Assembly: GCF_006345805.1 (NCBI RefSeq)
Contig: NC_043000.1
Location: 36,704,001-36,768,000 of the forward strand
DNA from: Octopus sinensis
Taxonomy: Eukaryota
DNA: 64,000 nt
Direction of reading: 5' to 3'
Shown: positions 36,400 through 50,855 of the stretch, one piece after another
Position numbering within the stretch: position 1 is the first letter of the stretch
How the letters are laid out: each line of letters opens with the position of its first letter
The notes under the pieces: generated by a model
Seen by the model: only the letters and a program-made list of their open reading frames with translations
Database searches by the model: none
Told to the model about the DNA's origin: nothing
Translations under genes and position numbers: made by a program

Positions 36400-37925
36400 G
36401 TAAAATCGGTTTAACGTATCGGCAGCCAAACATGTCTACCGCCAGGTTTTCGTTCCACGCTTTCTGGCAGTCGCGTTCAAGTCTCTTCTATCCTGCTGGA
36501 TCATGTTCCTTGATCGCTATTTCGGTCATCGTACGATCCTATGTTCTCAGTTCTATCAAGATATACGTCAAAGATGTGAAATTCCAAGGAAATTCTTCAG
36601 CCCATATTGTAGGAATTCTTCCGTTGTTTCTTACTCAGCTTTCCATAATTGCGCTGCCCTTTGTGATTATCAAAGAATCCTTGAACCAAGGCAACAAGTT
36701 TCTCGCAAATTGGATTCTTCTTCTAAGTGAATTCTTAAGAGAATACCATACCCTCAAGGAACTTTACCTCTAGTATGATAAATATATGCTAGAGAGAAGA
36801 TATCTCGAGGTTACTTAAAAGCTGTAGACTACTTATACTGATCCGTGATAAATTATTTCTTACGCGATCCATCTTTAAGAGCAGCCAAGCGTCCACCAAT
36901 GATTTCCAATTGCCGCTGTTCCTTCCCCACGAACAGCTCATCTTTTTACGTCCTGTGCCGTCTGTAAGAGTGCATTGCACAGATCATACTGGCAGAAATG
37001 CAGAACTAGAAGGCTAACTTGGCACAACCGCCTCGTAGACCCGTCAACAACGTCATAATTTTGAAATTTCCTACAAATTCCTAGTCATACTCATCATACC
37101 TTAAGGAATACAGCAAGATCTTGGTGCTGTTGAATACTGAAGTAGGAGACGGATTCTCTTCCCCTTAATGATCAGCGTGTCTTTGAGAGTCCTCGATGCT
37201 AAAATGTGCCACTCGTTTGAGTTACAATCAATTCCAATTGCTTGCGAGATACTAACCATATTTTCGCAGAAACATCAACTTGCTCTTCCTCTGATTTGTG
37301 GTTTGTACATTTTCATGTAACAAGTTCCATCGCTTGATCTTAGATTCCGAAGTTTGGCACTGGGTCTTTGAGAGATCTCTGATTAAACCGTTGCGTTGTT
37401 TTTGCTTGCTGGGATTTGGCTTTCTATTCTTTTGTTCTACTTCTGAAATTACAATTTGTACCTACAATAGATTTCATTTGTTCCGCCTTGTTGCCTACAT
37501 CTCTCTCTCGCTCTCTCCCAGGCTGAGTGTGGATGGGATTCAGGCAGTGTTGCACAAGTACGGTCAATGATAGAAGGTTCGAGTTGATCAGGGCAAATGC
37601 ATATTTACCACTTCGACGTCAGGAAGCAGCGATTTCTTGAGTGATCGGTGCGTTATCACCCAATTCTTGGTTTAGTGAATTTCATGGCTCTCTTTGTCCA
37701 CTCTGCCATAAGGCAAAGGAGTAAAGTAAAACTGTTATTAACAGAAATGCGAGAAAATGAACAAAAAGAAAGTAGCTTCCAACACATTGAAATGATTTAT
37801 ATGTATTCTTAATAAGTTTGACTCAGTTCCACATTATATAAAGTCTCGTAGGCGCGTAGGACAGACAATATATTCCATCAGATGCTAGGATCAGAGAAAT
37901 ACATTTTTTCCGTGACAATAATGTG
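36400..37925 (-). mobile_element. Decayed DNA-transposon transposase, Chapaev3 (CMC)-like
   Basis: Collinear decayed motifs: SRKKC start, MKFTKPRI..TDHS..CF, NGLIRDLSK..KIKRWNLL, IGIDCNSNEW, LVQGFFDNHK..NY..NMG*RISLEFHIFDVYLD; these match the family pattern NMSLKIHFLHSHLD..ERFHQ; many stops and frameshifts. Confidence 0.6.
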
Positions 37926-38719
37926 CGAGAATCGCACAACAGATTTCATGTCTGATATACTTTTGCATGGCACTGAATATTTTTGTATGACTCGGTAGAT
38001 TTTAAAGAATTCCCAAAATTTCATTCTTCAAGCAAGTTGACCAGCCTACCTTCCAGGGCTTTCCATTTTTGCACAGTTGTTCAAGGTTAATCGAGGCGCA
38101 CCGAATGACACTCGAATATACTTCGTTGGTTTCGCACACTCTATTGGGTTTTCCTACAAAATACTTTTTTTTGTTGTTTGATTTGATAAATCGACCATAA
38201 ATACAGAATCTTCCTCTTCATAAGCTCTCTGATAAATGGATGTAAACCTATTAATTCACGCTGTTACGACTAAACTGAGTTGCTGAGCTTAATGCCAGGT
38301 TATTACTGGTATTGTTTTTGCCTTCATGTCTAATCTGTTTGTTTATTACAATTTCGAAATCCTACAATTAAATGAGGTAAAACAACCAAATTACAGAGTT
38401 GCTTGTCTTTTTTGCAAGTTGCTCCCGTCTATGATTGTTACTCAGAATGGATGGTTATATCAATCACTGTGCAGATAATTTTCTTTTTAAGTCCTTGATT
38501 ATGATGTCTGGACGGTTTCTTTCATCTCTTCTTCAGTTTGTTTATGCATACTTCAGAAGATTGTAGCCAGGTTTTCCACCTTTAAACTTCCTTCAGCTTC
38601 AACCGTCATGAAAAATCGTAAGACTTATTCAATAACGCTGACATAATTGTACATCATCATCATCATCATCAACCCTTTGACCTTAATGTCTTGAGTCCTA
38701 GAATTCATAAGGACAGTTG

Positions 38720-38938
38720 CTCAGTTTCCATGACGTATAAGTGACGGAAAACACAATACTCTCCCTGGATGAGATGCTAGTCCAACGCAGGGTCACTCAT
38801 TGAGAAGTGAGTGGACAAGAGCAACGTGAAATGAAGGGTTTTTCTCAAGAACACAATGAACTGCCGCGTCCTGGATTTGAAACCACGTTCTTGTAATTGT
38901 AACTGCAACACCCTGACCACTAAGCCACTCGGCTTCAG
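38720..38938 (-). mobile_element. SINE family D
   Basis: rc head tggcttagtggtcagggtg...gtttcaaatcc; ttcttgagaaaa. Confidence 0.65.
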
Positions 38939-39617
38939 GTATATCCGGATTAAGAAATTTGTGGGTCATATTTAATCGTTCATCGACTTGCATATGTGTC
39001 ATGGATCTGCTCAACCCCTTCTCAGCCGAGGCTGCAGAAAAACCGCAAGATGTCTCACTGGTAAAGGTCAGAAACCCTGTAAAACAAGTATCCATGAAAT
39101 ACAGGCCAACCTCCAGAACTGACTATTCTGATATGGAAAACTTAATTTCCTCAGATGGAACTTACTAGTTCTTTATATTCTGAAAGGGAAACGAATACAG
39201 AGAATATATTAATTTTAAACATCAAACAAATTTGAAAATCGATTAAATTGGAGATATGTCAAAACTTCTAAATAAAAACGAAGCTCTAAAACCAGGAAAC
39301 CAGATCTATTTATGTATTTTCAAGAATGGACTCGCTAAAATTCTACCCGAGATTCTAGCAGAACAAATTGTTTCTGCAGGTTCTTCACCAGAACTCTTTA
39401 ACGAAATATTCTGACAAGATCGAAATATATTGTTGATAACTTCAACAACAGAAATAGATTTAACGCTAACAACAATAATATTGCCAGATTTCACATTAAC
39501 ATTTGAATAATGGACATCAATGGAAAATAAATCAATCCCAGAAGACTAACATCATCTACTTCTTCATTCAATCCCAGCTCTCTATCTCCCTTTCTGTCTC
39601 TCTCTCTCTCTCATACA

Positions 39618-39661
<44 letters not shown>

Positions 39662-41629
39662 ATATTTATCTCAATTCTCATTTGTCTCTATCTTTACCAA
39701 TTCTATTTATAAATAATGCGTGCACACATACATATCCAAATTTCTATATATATATATATACTTAAATACATAAGCTTACTAAACATGCGCGTGTATATAC
39801 AAATATATATTTGTATTCATTGGTATACACATACGTGCCAAAGTGTGCACACATAAACGTCAACACTCATACACATATGCATATGTGTGTATGCATATCT
39901 AGCTATTTATCTATCTACACAAATATATATATATATCTATACAATACACATATGTTTATGAGCTAGATTAATTGTAATTAAATGTAAGCAGTAGTTGTAG
40001 TAGTAGTTTTATCGATCGATTGATGAATGTTTGTAAACAAGGAAATCTGTCAAAATAAACACAATCCAAGCGATTTTACACACATTTATACACAAACTCA
40101 CATGCACTTAAAACTGAAGTATCACTTGTTTATCTTTGAAATAACTGCCATTAAATTTTTCTAGATGGTGCGCTAGCATGGCCGTAATCTAGCGGACACA
40201 TACATACACTTAGATACAAATTTGTATTTGCATTCCACCATCCACTCAGCACACAATGATATCTGTATTTTCCTGACAGTCTTTGACATATATCCACTCA
40301 GTTTTTGAGGCAATGTTCACCTTATGGTAATCTTCCATGATATAATCTTCCATGATATAAGCATAACTGGATAGCAACGAGCTTCTTCAGCTGGTGTAAA
40401 TGAACACTGCTCTCCTGGCGAAACTTTGCTATCGCCAACAGTCGGTTACAAAGGACAGAAAATAAAGTAAACTCCATGGAAAAAAATCTATTTTATATCA
40501 AAATACAGAAAGTGATTCCAGTTTGCCCTACTCGGAAATCACTGTGGAGCCTTAAAATACTTTACTGACAAAACACTATATTAATATGGGAACTAAACGC
40601 ATATATATACCTCACATGTCACGTCTTAATTTATCTAATTTTATATATAGAAAAACAGTTAAGGATATTTGCCCTAATTTGCATAATTAAAAAAGTTTAC
40701 TGGTCAAAATCATTTGCAATTACTTTTCAAAAGGTGAAAATCTTTGTGAACCTATCAGGCAGGCAACTGGTTGATATTGATGAGGTTTAATATACAGAAA
40801 CATGTTCAAAATTTTTTGCTCGCTTCATACATATATAGACGCATCTGACATTTACCTAGGAATGTAAATTAACTTCGAGATATTATTAATTTTTTATGAT
40901 TCTTTCCCTGCCTCTAAACGTTGCCGCTTGGATTATATCTTCCTCTAACTAACCGTGAACTTTAATTAAATTTACTATTTTTTTTGTGTGTGTATTCTAT
41001 TCAAAATTGAACATATGTATCTAAATTTAAACCATTGGTCCATTTATGTTTTATTGTGCAATCGTGTGTGTGTGCAGGCGTGCGTAAGGTGTTCTCTATG
41101 TTTACCAATATCGAAGTAGATTGAAGATTTTATAGAAATGTGACGTTGGTATATTTCTCTGATGATTAACACTTCCTGAACTATATCAGATCGATTCTGC
41201 AAATGTGATGAAGATTTAGAACATTATTCGATTTTCAATGCCAATAAAATGATAAAAGAAAAATAATTTTCTTGGAGGTCAGTTCTGAGATCACAATCTA
41301 AACATATCTTCAAATAAGGGTGGATTTTTTAAGGGTCAGACAGAGGGGAAATGATAATTAATTTTGAGCTGTCAGCATAGTAACATCATATTATAATAAG
41401 AAGTGCTACAGCTTAATGATTATTAAGACGGAGAAATGCTGGCGTTTGCTTTATGAACAAATACATAGAAATAAAAATAACTTCAGCACAGCCGAATCAA
41501 TAAGGTGCTGGCCTTCTAAGGCGAAGTGTCGAAGGTTCGTGTATTATCACTGCAGTATTATTGTGTCTGTTGCTAAATATTTCACCCACAAGGGTCCAGT
41601 TCGTAGCGTGAAACAGTGAATCAAAATCT

Positions 41630-41790
41630 GCATATTATTTCTTTAAGAAGTTTGCTTCCCAACCATATTCTTTCCGGTTCAGTTCCGCTGAAATTGGGAC
41701 AAATTCTTCATACTATATCCTCGGATCGACCAAAGACGTGTGACTGGAATTTGTAGACGGAAAATGAAAGAAGCCCGCCGCCTGTGTGGT
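41630..41790 (-). mobile_element. SINE family A head fragment
   Basis: gcttcccaacc, gtagacggaaaatgaaagaagcccg. Confidence 0.55.
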
Positions 41791-41806
41791 TTTTAGTATA
41801 TATGCT

Positions 41807-41844
<38 letters not shown>

Positions 41845-41889
41845 CAATAATAAATCTCTGAGCAAGGTATAAACAGTAGCTGCAACACA

Positions 41890-42130
41890 TCGTGAAGTAT
41901 TTTTGCCAATTAAATGTGGCTAACCCCTAAGAGTTGATGCTACTGTAGCTTGTAGCCCCAGGAGGACACCTCTTCCAGCTGGCTATTGACACACTTTCTG
42001 TGCCCAATCAGTATTTGCAAAGGGAAGCCATCCTTCCCGTCATCAAGCTATGATACACACAGACTCGAGTTTCTGGGTATTGACCCTTCATCAGTGTGTA
42101 ACAATCACGAGTTGTCGATGAAAAGTAGGC
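41890..42130 (-). mobile_element. Short HHR-bearing repeat, family B, copy 2
   Basis: Homologous to 20710-20950; flanked by (TA)n. Confidence 0.85.
42056..42100 (-). ncRNA. Minimal type-I hammerhead ribozyme with intact core
   Basis: tacaca CTGATGA a GGGT caat ACCC a GAAA ctcgag T C tgtgt; palindromic stem III ACTCGAGT; GUC cleavage between 42062 and 42061. Confidence 0.75.
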
Positions 42131-42139
42131 CTTCGTTTG

Positions 42140-42184
<45 letters not shown>

Positions 42185-42983
42185 TGTGTGAATGTGAACT
42201 TGTATGATTGTGTGTTTGTGCTGTTGTCTTGCCATCGCGTGATAGTTGTAAACGAATGTCGCTGTCTCAGAAGCGGGGTAATCCTTGTCTAATATTGTGC
42301 GAACACATGTCTGGCCACGGCGAAGTCTGTAGTTGACGCTGACAGGCTGTGTGTCAGACAGAGGAATGGTTATATAATTAAGAAGTTCGCTTTACAACCA
42401 CGTAGCTTTGAGCTCGGTCACCATTTGCAGCACCTTGAGCTACTATAGCCCCGCGTTGACGGAAGCTATGTGGACGTTAGTCTTGCGTGTATGCGTTTGT
42501 CGTTTCTAGCAATTCTTGATAACTAGCTTTAGTTTGTTTCCATCCTCCTAAGCTAATGTTTCGGCACAAAACATGATAGAATTAGCACCAGACTTGAAAA
42601 TAACTGGAGTCGATATGTTAGACTATCGCGTTTACGGCATTGCTGCAGCTTGGCATCAGTCCAACGCATGGAACTAATGATAAAAGATTTCTTGGAAACA
42701 GTTAAGTGTTGGTGACATGAAAGTTGACCAACCGTAGAAAATATGTCTCCAAACCCTGTCCTACCAATGCAAGCATAGACGTTAGAGCGATGATGGTGAT
42801 ATGCTATCAAATGTGGAAGAGTCAGTCGTAGATTTTCAAAGGACCAAGCGCTAGGAAACAGCATTTGCAATGGTGAGCGACAATATGCGTGTCTGTACAG
42901 TTCGGGCGTAAGAAACGCCACAATGTATTGTTGATTGACATACTGTTTTATTGCTAATTTTCTTAGGAAGAAGCAGATTTGTC

Positions 42984-43122
<139 letters not shown>

Positions 43123-45659
43123 TGTTTGTGTATTAACTGCAAGGAGATAGCGAGTTGTACATTAGCAGAGCTGTGCAAACTTCAGATCCTATTAATGGTT
43201 GAGAAAATTGTCCAACATACACTCACGTTGATCTCTCAATGAATTAAACATTTCCTGCCTGGTGTTCTACTGACCCAATATATTACGGTTCCACCACCAT
43301 CACGCAGCCGCCTCCATTTTAAACTCCACAAATACATGAATAAGTGCACTAAACCAAAATGAAACAAATCAAAAACAATTTCAAGCCAACAGTTGAGATT
43401 CTTTTCAACCATACAAGTCTGTATTTGACAAGTTCATGTCATTACCATTTAGAAAAATCTAAAGACTTATATTTAGTATAAATGGAACTAAAATCCGCTA
43501 CATTTGTTGCCTTAAGGCAGTTATTATCAGCTCTTCAAGCAACTGACGACGTGAAGTACCACATTTAACAATGTCCGGCCACCCAACTTGCCTCTCACAA
43601 TAATCAACAAATTAACAGTTAAGATTTTATTCAGTTTGACTTTTTACACTCAATTATGCTTCGTTTTTGTTATGTTATTTTGTTCCCTTTTCTTTTTAAC
43701 TTTTTGCAAATACAGAAAGAAAATAATAAAAGTGAAAGTAACCCAATGTAGATTTCATTTATGATGGAATTCACTACAGGCAAGATGGTTAAATGTGTGA
43801 GATTTTGTGGGGATTTTACTCCATGCTGGGAGTTGAGAGATGTGAAGAAGTTGTTTTTTTTTACGGTAAAGGATCTGTGTCCTCCTTCCTTTTGACTCTT
43901 TACTAATAAAATCTTTGATTTTTACGTGATTGATTTATATTCTCCATTGCCACCATCCGGGTCGTTGTCGCCAAAAGGTTTCAAATGGGATCGAAATGCT
44001 GTCCTCGATTCGTAAAACTCCAAAAACATTAACCGCGCACTAAAGAAACTGAAGCTCTTCTTTTACATTTTTTTAAAATCCGGCAATTTAAACAAATGAT
44101 GCTACACACCTACTCATACACACACACCTACACAAAAGAATTAAAATTCTGGCACAGTAATAACTGAACAACAATAACAAGAAGAAGATGCTGACAAAGA
44201 CATACAGACTAGTTTATTGCCTTCCTATCGATGTTGATCAATCACTGCAGTGAAATGTGGGACTGAAATATCGTTCTGATGATTACATTTTTTGTTTACT
44301 CTTTTTATACACAATTATTGTTTTGTTTGTTTTTCCTTTTGCCATTGTGTTTGTTTCTTGTAATTATTATGATTATAGTTATTTCGCTGACAAACGAGTA
44401 CAACATCTTATGACCTTCGTTTACACACACACACACACACGTACGAATGGGAAAAGCTTTCTTTTCAGCCATTTGTATAGAAAATACGGCTGCTCGAATT
44501 TTGTCATTTCGTTATATTTATTTACATAGCTCTTTATAAAAGAGCTTAAGTAAGTATATCGATATAGACAACCGAAACTGCCAAGCTTTCTCTTCATTAC
44601 CTATCACAACCGCCTCATATCTCACACTATTTCTTACTATTTCTCTCTCCGACGAAAATAAGGGTGAGAGAGAGAGGGGGGAGAAAGAGAGAGAATTCTG
44701 ACAGACTAGTGTGGTTGTCTATCTGCACCACGCCTGATGTAAGGATGCTTTTACAAGATCGGTAAACTTGCTGAAAATAAGTCAAATTTCCCTCAAATAA
44801 TAACCTGTCGTCATAAAGGAAATATTGGACAATGCTATTCTTGACATAGAAAGCTTTGGGGTAGTCACGGCTAGCTCGTCTTTTGTCACAGAACAATCAG
44901 ATCAGGCCCAATCAGGCTTATTTCGAGCTAACGAAGGAAGACCACAATGCATTTGACCCACATGCTAAAATTAGGTGCTAAATTTCGCTCAAATCACACC
45001 CTAGGAACAGAAATTGGGAAAAGACACATGAACAACGTAAGTCCGTAAACCCATAGCTTGATGGGGTGAAAAACCTTCTTTCCTGAGGTCGATGCAGTCG
45101 AGAGCCTCGTGTTCCCAGTAAGGTCACCTGCGACAGCAAAGTGAAGTCCCTGCTTAATTGTTCTCCATCTCCTATATTCCGAAAAGTGGAAAACCAGGAA
45201 GATTTGAAATTAAGACATTCAAGGACTAGGAACACAAAAGTGGGCCCCTGTAGATCCGTGTATTTCAATCTATTTGGATTATGTTGCCATTGGATAAAAG
45301 TTAAATGTGTCAAGACTAGTGTACATGATGACCTGATGACCCATACACAGGTCAAACCAAGTCTTCTATAAGCCTCTCTCAATATCTAAAGTATTCTGGG
45401 AAATTTTTCTTAAGTCCTGCGGGGATTGGCTACAAGGAACAGGTGGTGGTGATGTGGTTGGTGATAGTGGGGACATAACATGCAAACAGTAGATATTCGG
45501 TTCAATTTCGGAATCCTTGGAAGGAGAAATCCAATCTTCGAATCCAATCTATTTAATCTGTGTTGGAATGCAGGCTAGAGTAGGAGCTCTGAACATAGTC
45601 GAATTCACCCCATGTTTTGGATAACTGCATTTAGAGGGACTCGCTTGCCTTGAAATCAA

Positions 45660-46800
45660 GACATAGACAAAGCCATGGGAACCTGGAATATGCTGGCGTT
45701 GATGCAAAGGAATAAGTAAAACAAACTGGAGAGAGGACGCCTCTGATTCACAGAGGAGGCGCGCCATTTATACTCGATGTCTTTGTTCTCAGAGAGCCGA
45801 AGGAAGTAAAGTTTAGCGGAAGAATGAAAGAGGAAACTACATTTCCTTCTAGAAAAGGTTGCCTGTAAAGAATCATGAAATGACGAAACCATAGTCTGTA
45901 TTACAGAAGGGATGATGATGATTAGAATGCCTTTGAACATGAGACTACTGGATCAGGACTGACCTAGGGTTAAACAGAAGCAACAACAGCATAGGATTGC
46001 TGGATGTGGCAAACATTACATATTATATATAAATAATACAATATATAAATTCATATATAAATGAGAGGAAAATACTCAGACGTACAGATTAAAGCTCATA
46101 CCTAAATATCTCTTACAGACATTAATGGTTAGTTTTTTTCCTCATCAGTTGTCGAAAATAAATGAGAGAATAGGTATTTTGCCATGGAGTACATTCCTCA
46201 TCTTTTTCCGGATCTCCCGACTTCACCGTCGTTGCGATGGTTCATTACTTTGCGCCTTCACCAACAAAACAAAAACAAACTAGTATACAGCTGCCAACAG
46301 CACAAGCACTCCAGACATTAATGAAACAAGGTGAATATCATAATCAGGTCCAAAGTAATGATCTGCAAGAATCGTTAGAACGACGGACAAAGGGTTTCGC
46401 GGAATTTCCTCCTGTCTTACGTTCTGAGTTCAAATTTTGCTGCTCTCGATTTCGCATTTTTCCCTTTTGAGGCCAATAAATTAATTACCAGTTGAGCACT
46501 AGTGTCGATATAATTGGCTTGACCTCTGCCCAGAAATTGCTGGCCTTGTGCGAATAGTTTGAGACCATTACCTTATGTACAACTGGAATTAATCGGAGCC
46601 AACATTGCGAAGGCTGGCAAGGTCGTCTTCCTCGGACACATTCTCGTGGAAATACGGAGAAAATTGAACCTTTGGAAATTTAATGATTGGGAAACATGAA
46701 CATCGCAGGATTGGCTTCTGGGTGAGTGAGAAGAACAATTCAACGTTGAAGACCGGATCAAGATATTCAGACGTATGTATCGGAAATTTATTATTGTTTA
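45660..46800 (+). mobile_element. Decayed RTE-clade LINE endonuclease region, interrupted
   Basis: GTWNM..ERRTPLIH..ARH..DVFVLRE (RTE pattern GTWNVRTL..ERRTAL..ELARY.IDI.ALSE) and KVVFLG..LWK..IGKH (DK.ILLGDFN..W.GVIGKH); frameshifted. Confidence 0.55.
46365..46570 (+). mobile_element. SINE family B monomer nested in the RTE remnant
   Basis: cttacgttctgagttcaaatt...gctggccttgtgc. Confidence 0.7.
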
Positions 46801-47989
46801 CACTCCAAGCCTAATTATCAACAAAGTAAGACTTAATTTCAACCTGACACTATATAATAAGATTTGTTCTCATGAATATTTAGCAAGAGCTTTCTGATTC
46901 ATGGAAAACAATATAATGTCTCTTCACGATGTGACCGATTTCTTTGGGTGACGTTTACAGCTTTAGTCCCAAATCTCATCAATGGTTAATTTCGTTCACC
47001 AGTTGTTGAAAATAAATATCCGAAAGAAATATTAATGGTTGAGTTTTAGTCTGTACGCCTTTGAGGAATTTTCTGTAATGTATTTAAATTTAGATATAAA
47101 ATGTAATGCTTGCCAAATCCGGTAATCCTGGGCTGTTCTCGTTTCTCTTTAGCCCTAGGTCAGTCCTAATGCAACAGCCCTAAGTTCAAATGCATTCCAG
47201 TCACGACCATTCCTTCTATTATACATACAGTAAATTTCTTTATCGAATGGAGTTAGTTTTATAAGACACGTCAGTGTGACTTAAGAGAGATTTGGCTCCT
47301 ATTTCTAGCAAATGTGTTACCCTGCCGTTGTCTTTTGTAATACTGCATTTAACTTGGTCCATTTATTACACACCACTCCGTGTCTCCTTTTATATTTCAC
47401 AACATTGACGATTGCTTTTTATGTGTAAGTTATCCATTATTTCTATCACCGATTCCATGTATTTTTTGTTATTGTATTTGTTTGTCAATATTCTTCATCG
47501 GATGCCATGTATTGATGCAGACATCTTCGTACTTAGCGAGGCCATCTCCGGCAATAAAATCCACGAGTAGATTGAACTGGCAAAGTCATTCGCCATCCAA
47601 CTGTTTCCTGTCCTGTCTCTTTCTCTCTCTAAGTTGTTTCGCGAAAGACAGACGAATCAATCAATAATTAATTAATTAATTAATTACAACCAGTCCATGC
47701 CTTTTTATTGGTATAATAATCCTGCTACACAATAAAAATATACTCAGTTAATTTCTCCAGCAGTCTGAGATATGCAATTTAGACTTAACACAGTTGATCT
47801 GAGAAGTCTAATTGGTAAAGAATGTGCAATTAGTGGGAGAAAAAGCTCAGAGGTTAATTAATCATCATCACAACTTGGATAGAAACTAAATTCTTTATAT
47901 GTAAATGTATCGGCTCTTGACTAGAAGATATATTAAAAACGTGTTAATTGCAGAATCAGAATCTATCAGAAGATGAAAAACACTGGTGA

Positions 47990-48305
47990 AGGCATGGCTG
48001 TGTGGTTAAGAAGTTGATTTTGCAAACACGTGGTATCGAGTTCAGTCCCACTTCACGGCACTTTTCGCAAATGTCTTTCACTATAACCTTGGACCGACCA
48101 ATGCACCGTGAATGAAGATCGTAGCGGGAAACTGCGAAAACGTGTGTATGGTATACGTGTGTGTGTGTGTGTGTAAAATGTATGCATTTCCTTGTGTGTG
48201 TTTATCTCATACCCTACCGCTTGGCAATCGGTGTTGCTTTGTTTACGTCTCCAGGGTCGATTTGTTCGACTAGAATCCTTCAAGGTGCTTCCCCGCCATG
48301 GCTAC
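47990..48305 (+). mobile_element. SINE family A
   Basis: ggcatggctgtgtggttaagaag...gttcagtcccact. Confidence 0.75.
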
Positions 48306-49308
48306 AGTCCAAACCTAAATAAAACATTAAGTAAAATATCTTTAAAATAGATTAAAAAATACATTTACCACCACTGCTACGTTAATCGGTAATCTCTGTT
48401 CCGATGCTGGTTTTTATCCATTATTTTCATTGTCCAATCTCACAAGTCCCACTGTCAAAATATTATCTGCCACTAAAACAGAGTTTCATTGGTTTTCTTT
48501 CCATGATTGATCGACTGAGTGCCTGCTTTAGTAATTCAGAAACCACTCAAGGTAAGATTCACAAGGAAACACAATGTTTTTTTTTTTCTCTCTCTCTTGA
48601 AATAAACGAAATATATAAGAAATGAAGAAGTAAAGACACTTTTATTTCCAAGATTTTGCTATTGTTTCGTCATACCGTATGAGTGTTGAGTAGAAATATA
48701 TCTCAATTTCCCATGTCATACGGCGTGCAACTATAATTAGAGAAAGCAGGTAATGCTATAGCAATACGTCCCAAACAATTACTTGCAGATATTGGTAGCT
48801 AAAATAATAATAATAATAATAATAAACGTTCTTTCCTACCTACATTTTGCGTAACGCTAATGGAAGTCAGTCAGATAGAAGTAAGTAAGCAGTAATGGGA
48901 ATGGAAGTGCTGGTGGTGAGTTTGGTGTTACTGAATGGAAAAAGATTTAGGAGTGTGTGTGAGAGAGAGAGAAAACAGAGAGAGGGGGGATTTAAATAGG
49001 AGGAGGAAAGGAACAAATAAAAATATGACAACATAGCAAAGTGTGTGACGTCAGTGAATTTTGTTTATCTCGTTTTCTGATTCTAACCTCTCCTCTCTCT
49101 GTTGAATTGAAGAGTTTCAAAATTTTATCTTAGAATTTAAAATAATTATTTCACAATATGAACGAGACCGTGCTAATTTCTTCTGTATACCTGTATGGAT
49201 ATATTTATGTAAGCGCGCCTGTGTTAAATACAAATATAAACACTACACGTATGGTAGTGTGTAGATATAAGGTAATACTTGTAGTTGTAATAATATATAA
49301 TTGTATTC

Positions 49309-49611
49309 GTGGAGGCTCAATGGCCCACTGATTAGGTCGTAGGATCGCGGTTTCGATTCCCAGACCGGGCGTTGTGAGTGTTTATTGAGCGAAAATACCT
49401 GAAGCTCCACGAATCTGCAGCAGGGGGTGGTGGTGATCCCTGCTGTACTCTTTCATAACAACTTTCTCTCACTCTTTCTTCCTGTTTCTGTTGTACCTGT
49501 ATTTCAAAGGGGCCAGCCTTGTCATGCTGAATCTTCCCGAGAACTAAGTTAAGGGTACACGTGCCTGTGGAGTGCTCAGCCACTTGCACGTTAATTTCCC
49601 GAGCAGGCTGT
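49309..49611 (+). mobile_element. SINE family C, 3'-truncated
   Basis: Aligns with 15730-16112. Confidence 0.85.
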
Positions 49612-49789
49612 GCCACGATAATTGTATTTACTTCTTACAGGAAGGTGGCCATGCTGGAGTCTTCAAGGGTTAAGTAAAGCATTCGAATCCTAGTAACTGC
49701 AGTTGCAAGTGGCTGACACTCGCATCACCTGCTCACACACACACAATGATGGGCTTCCATATATTCTCTCTCCACCAAATTTCTCTCGA

Positions 49790-50215
49790 GACATCAACCA
49801 AGTGATTTCGGGCTCACTACGCAGCACCTTAGGCAAGTCTTGTCTTTGGGCTTTCTACTATATCTTACGAGCGAATTTGGTAGATGGAAACTTTGTGGAA
49901 GGCCGTCATTACAGCTGTCTCACTACACACCCACACACACATACATACATACATATACATATACATATATATATGAAAGAGTGATCCTACCATGTATGTC
50001 TTTCTGTGTATCACACCTCCACCGCTTGACCAACCGGTGCTGATTTGCTTACATAACTGAGCAGTTCAGCAAATGGCACCAACAGAATACGTAAGATGCT
50101 TCATAAAAACAAAACAAAACCTAGGCACGAACATTGCCTTCTTGTCTGTCTGTTCGACTAAAAGCGTTGAAGGTGGTGGCCATAGCAAGGCTGCAGGTCA
50201 ATGACTGGAAGGCGC
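49790..50215 (+). mobile_element. SINE family A, degenerate
   Basis: gcaccttaggcaagtc, ccaccgcttgaccaaccggtgctg. Confidence 0.6.
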
Positions 50216-50410
50216 GGAAGAGAAAAGGTAAACATAGCGATTTAATGGTCTTCTTATTAACTTCCAGCATCTTACAGGTTTCTAAATATTCGTAGAATTT
50301 GCGCGATTACTGCTAGTGTTTATATATACATAATACATACTTTGAGACGCAGTCTCTGTCAGACGTTTGTAATTACAGTGGTTAGTAGTAAAAATGTATT
50401 CACATACATA

Positions 50411-50630
50411 GGTACAGAACAATACAATTTCTGTCGTATATTGGTGGTTATAACAGTTACTGGTGATACATTACAATCATACAGATACAGATACATAACA
50501 ATACAATTCCTATCGTATGTTAGTTGTATATAACTGTTAGTTGTGACAAAACAGATTTACAACACGCAGGTACAAAGCAATGTAATTTCTTTCATGTATT
50601 CGCTGGTATAAATGTTAATAGTGACGAAGT
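50411..50630. repeat. Diverged 79-bp period minisatellite, ~3 units
   Basis: Related starts g(g/a)taca..caat.caatt at 50411, 50490 and 50569. Confidence 0.65.
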
Positions 50631-50855
50631 CCATACATACATACATACATACACACACACATACATACATACATATATAATACAATGTGTTCAGTGTTTA
50701 TAATCGCAGCGACAGCATACAATCACGTGTGTGTGTGGAAACCAAATGCTGTTTGCTATTGGTGGTTATTAAGGTAGTCATACAATGACATTCAAATACT
50801 GAATATATTGCTAGCGTTCTATCATTGTATCAAATCTTTCTTCTCGTTCTTGGTA

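Noticed and set aside
42553-42921. 122-aa ORF
   Set aside because: No recognisable motif, splice context or codon bias; expected by chance.
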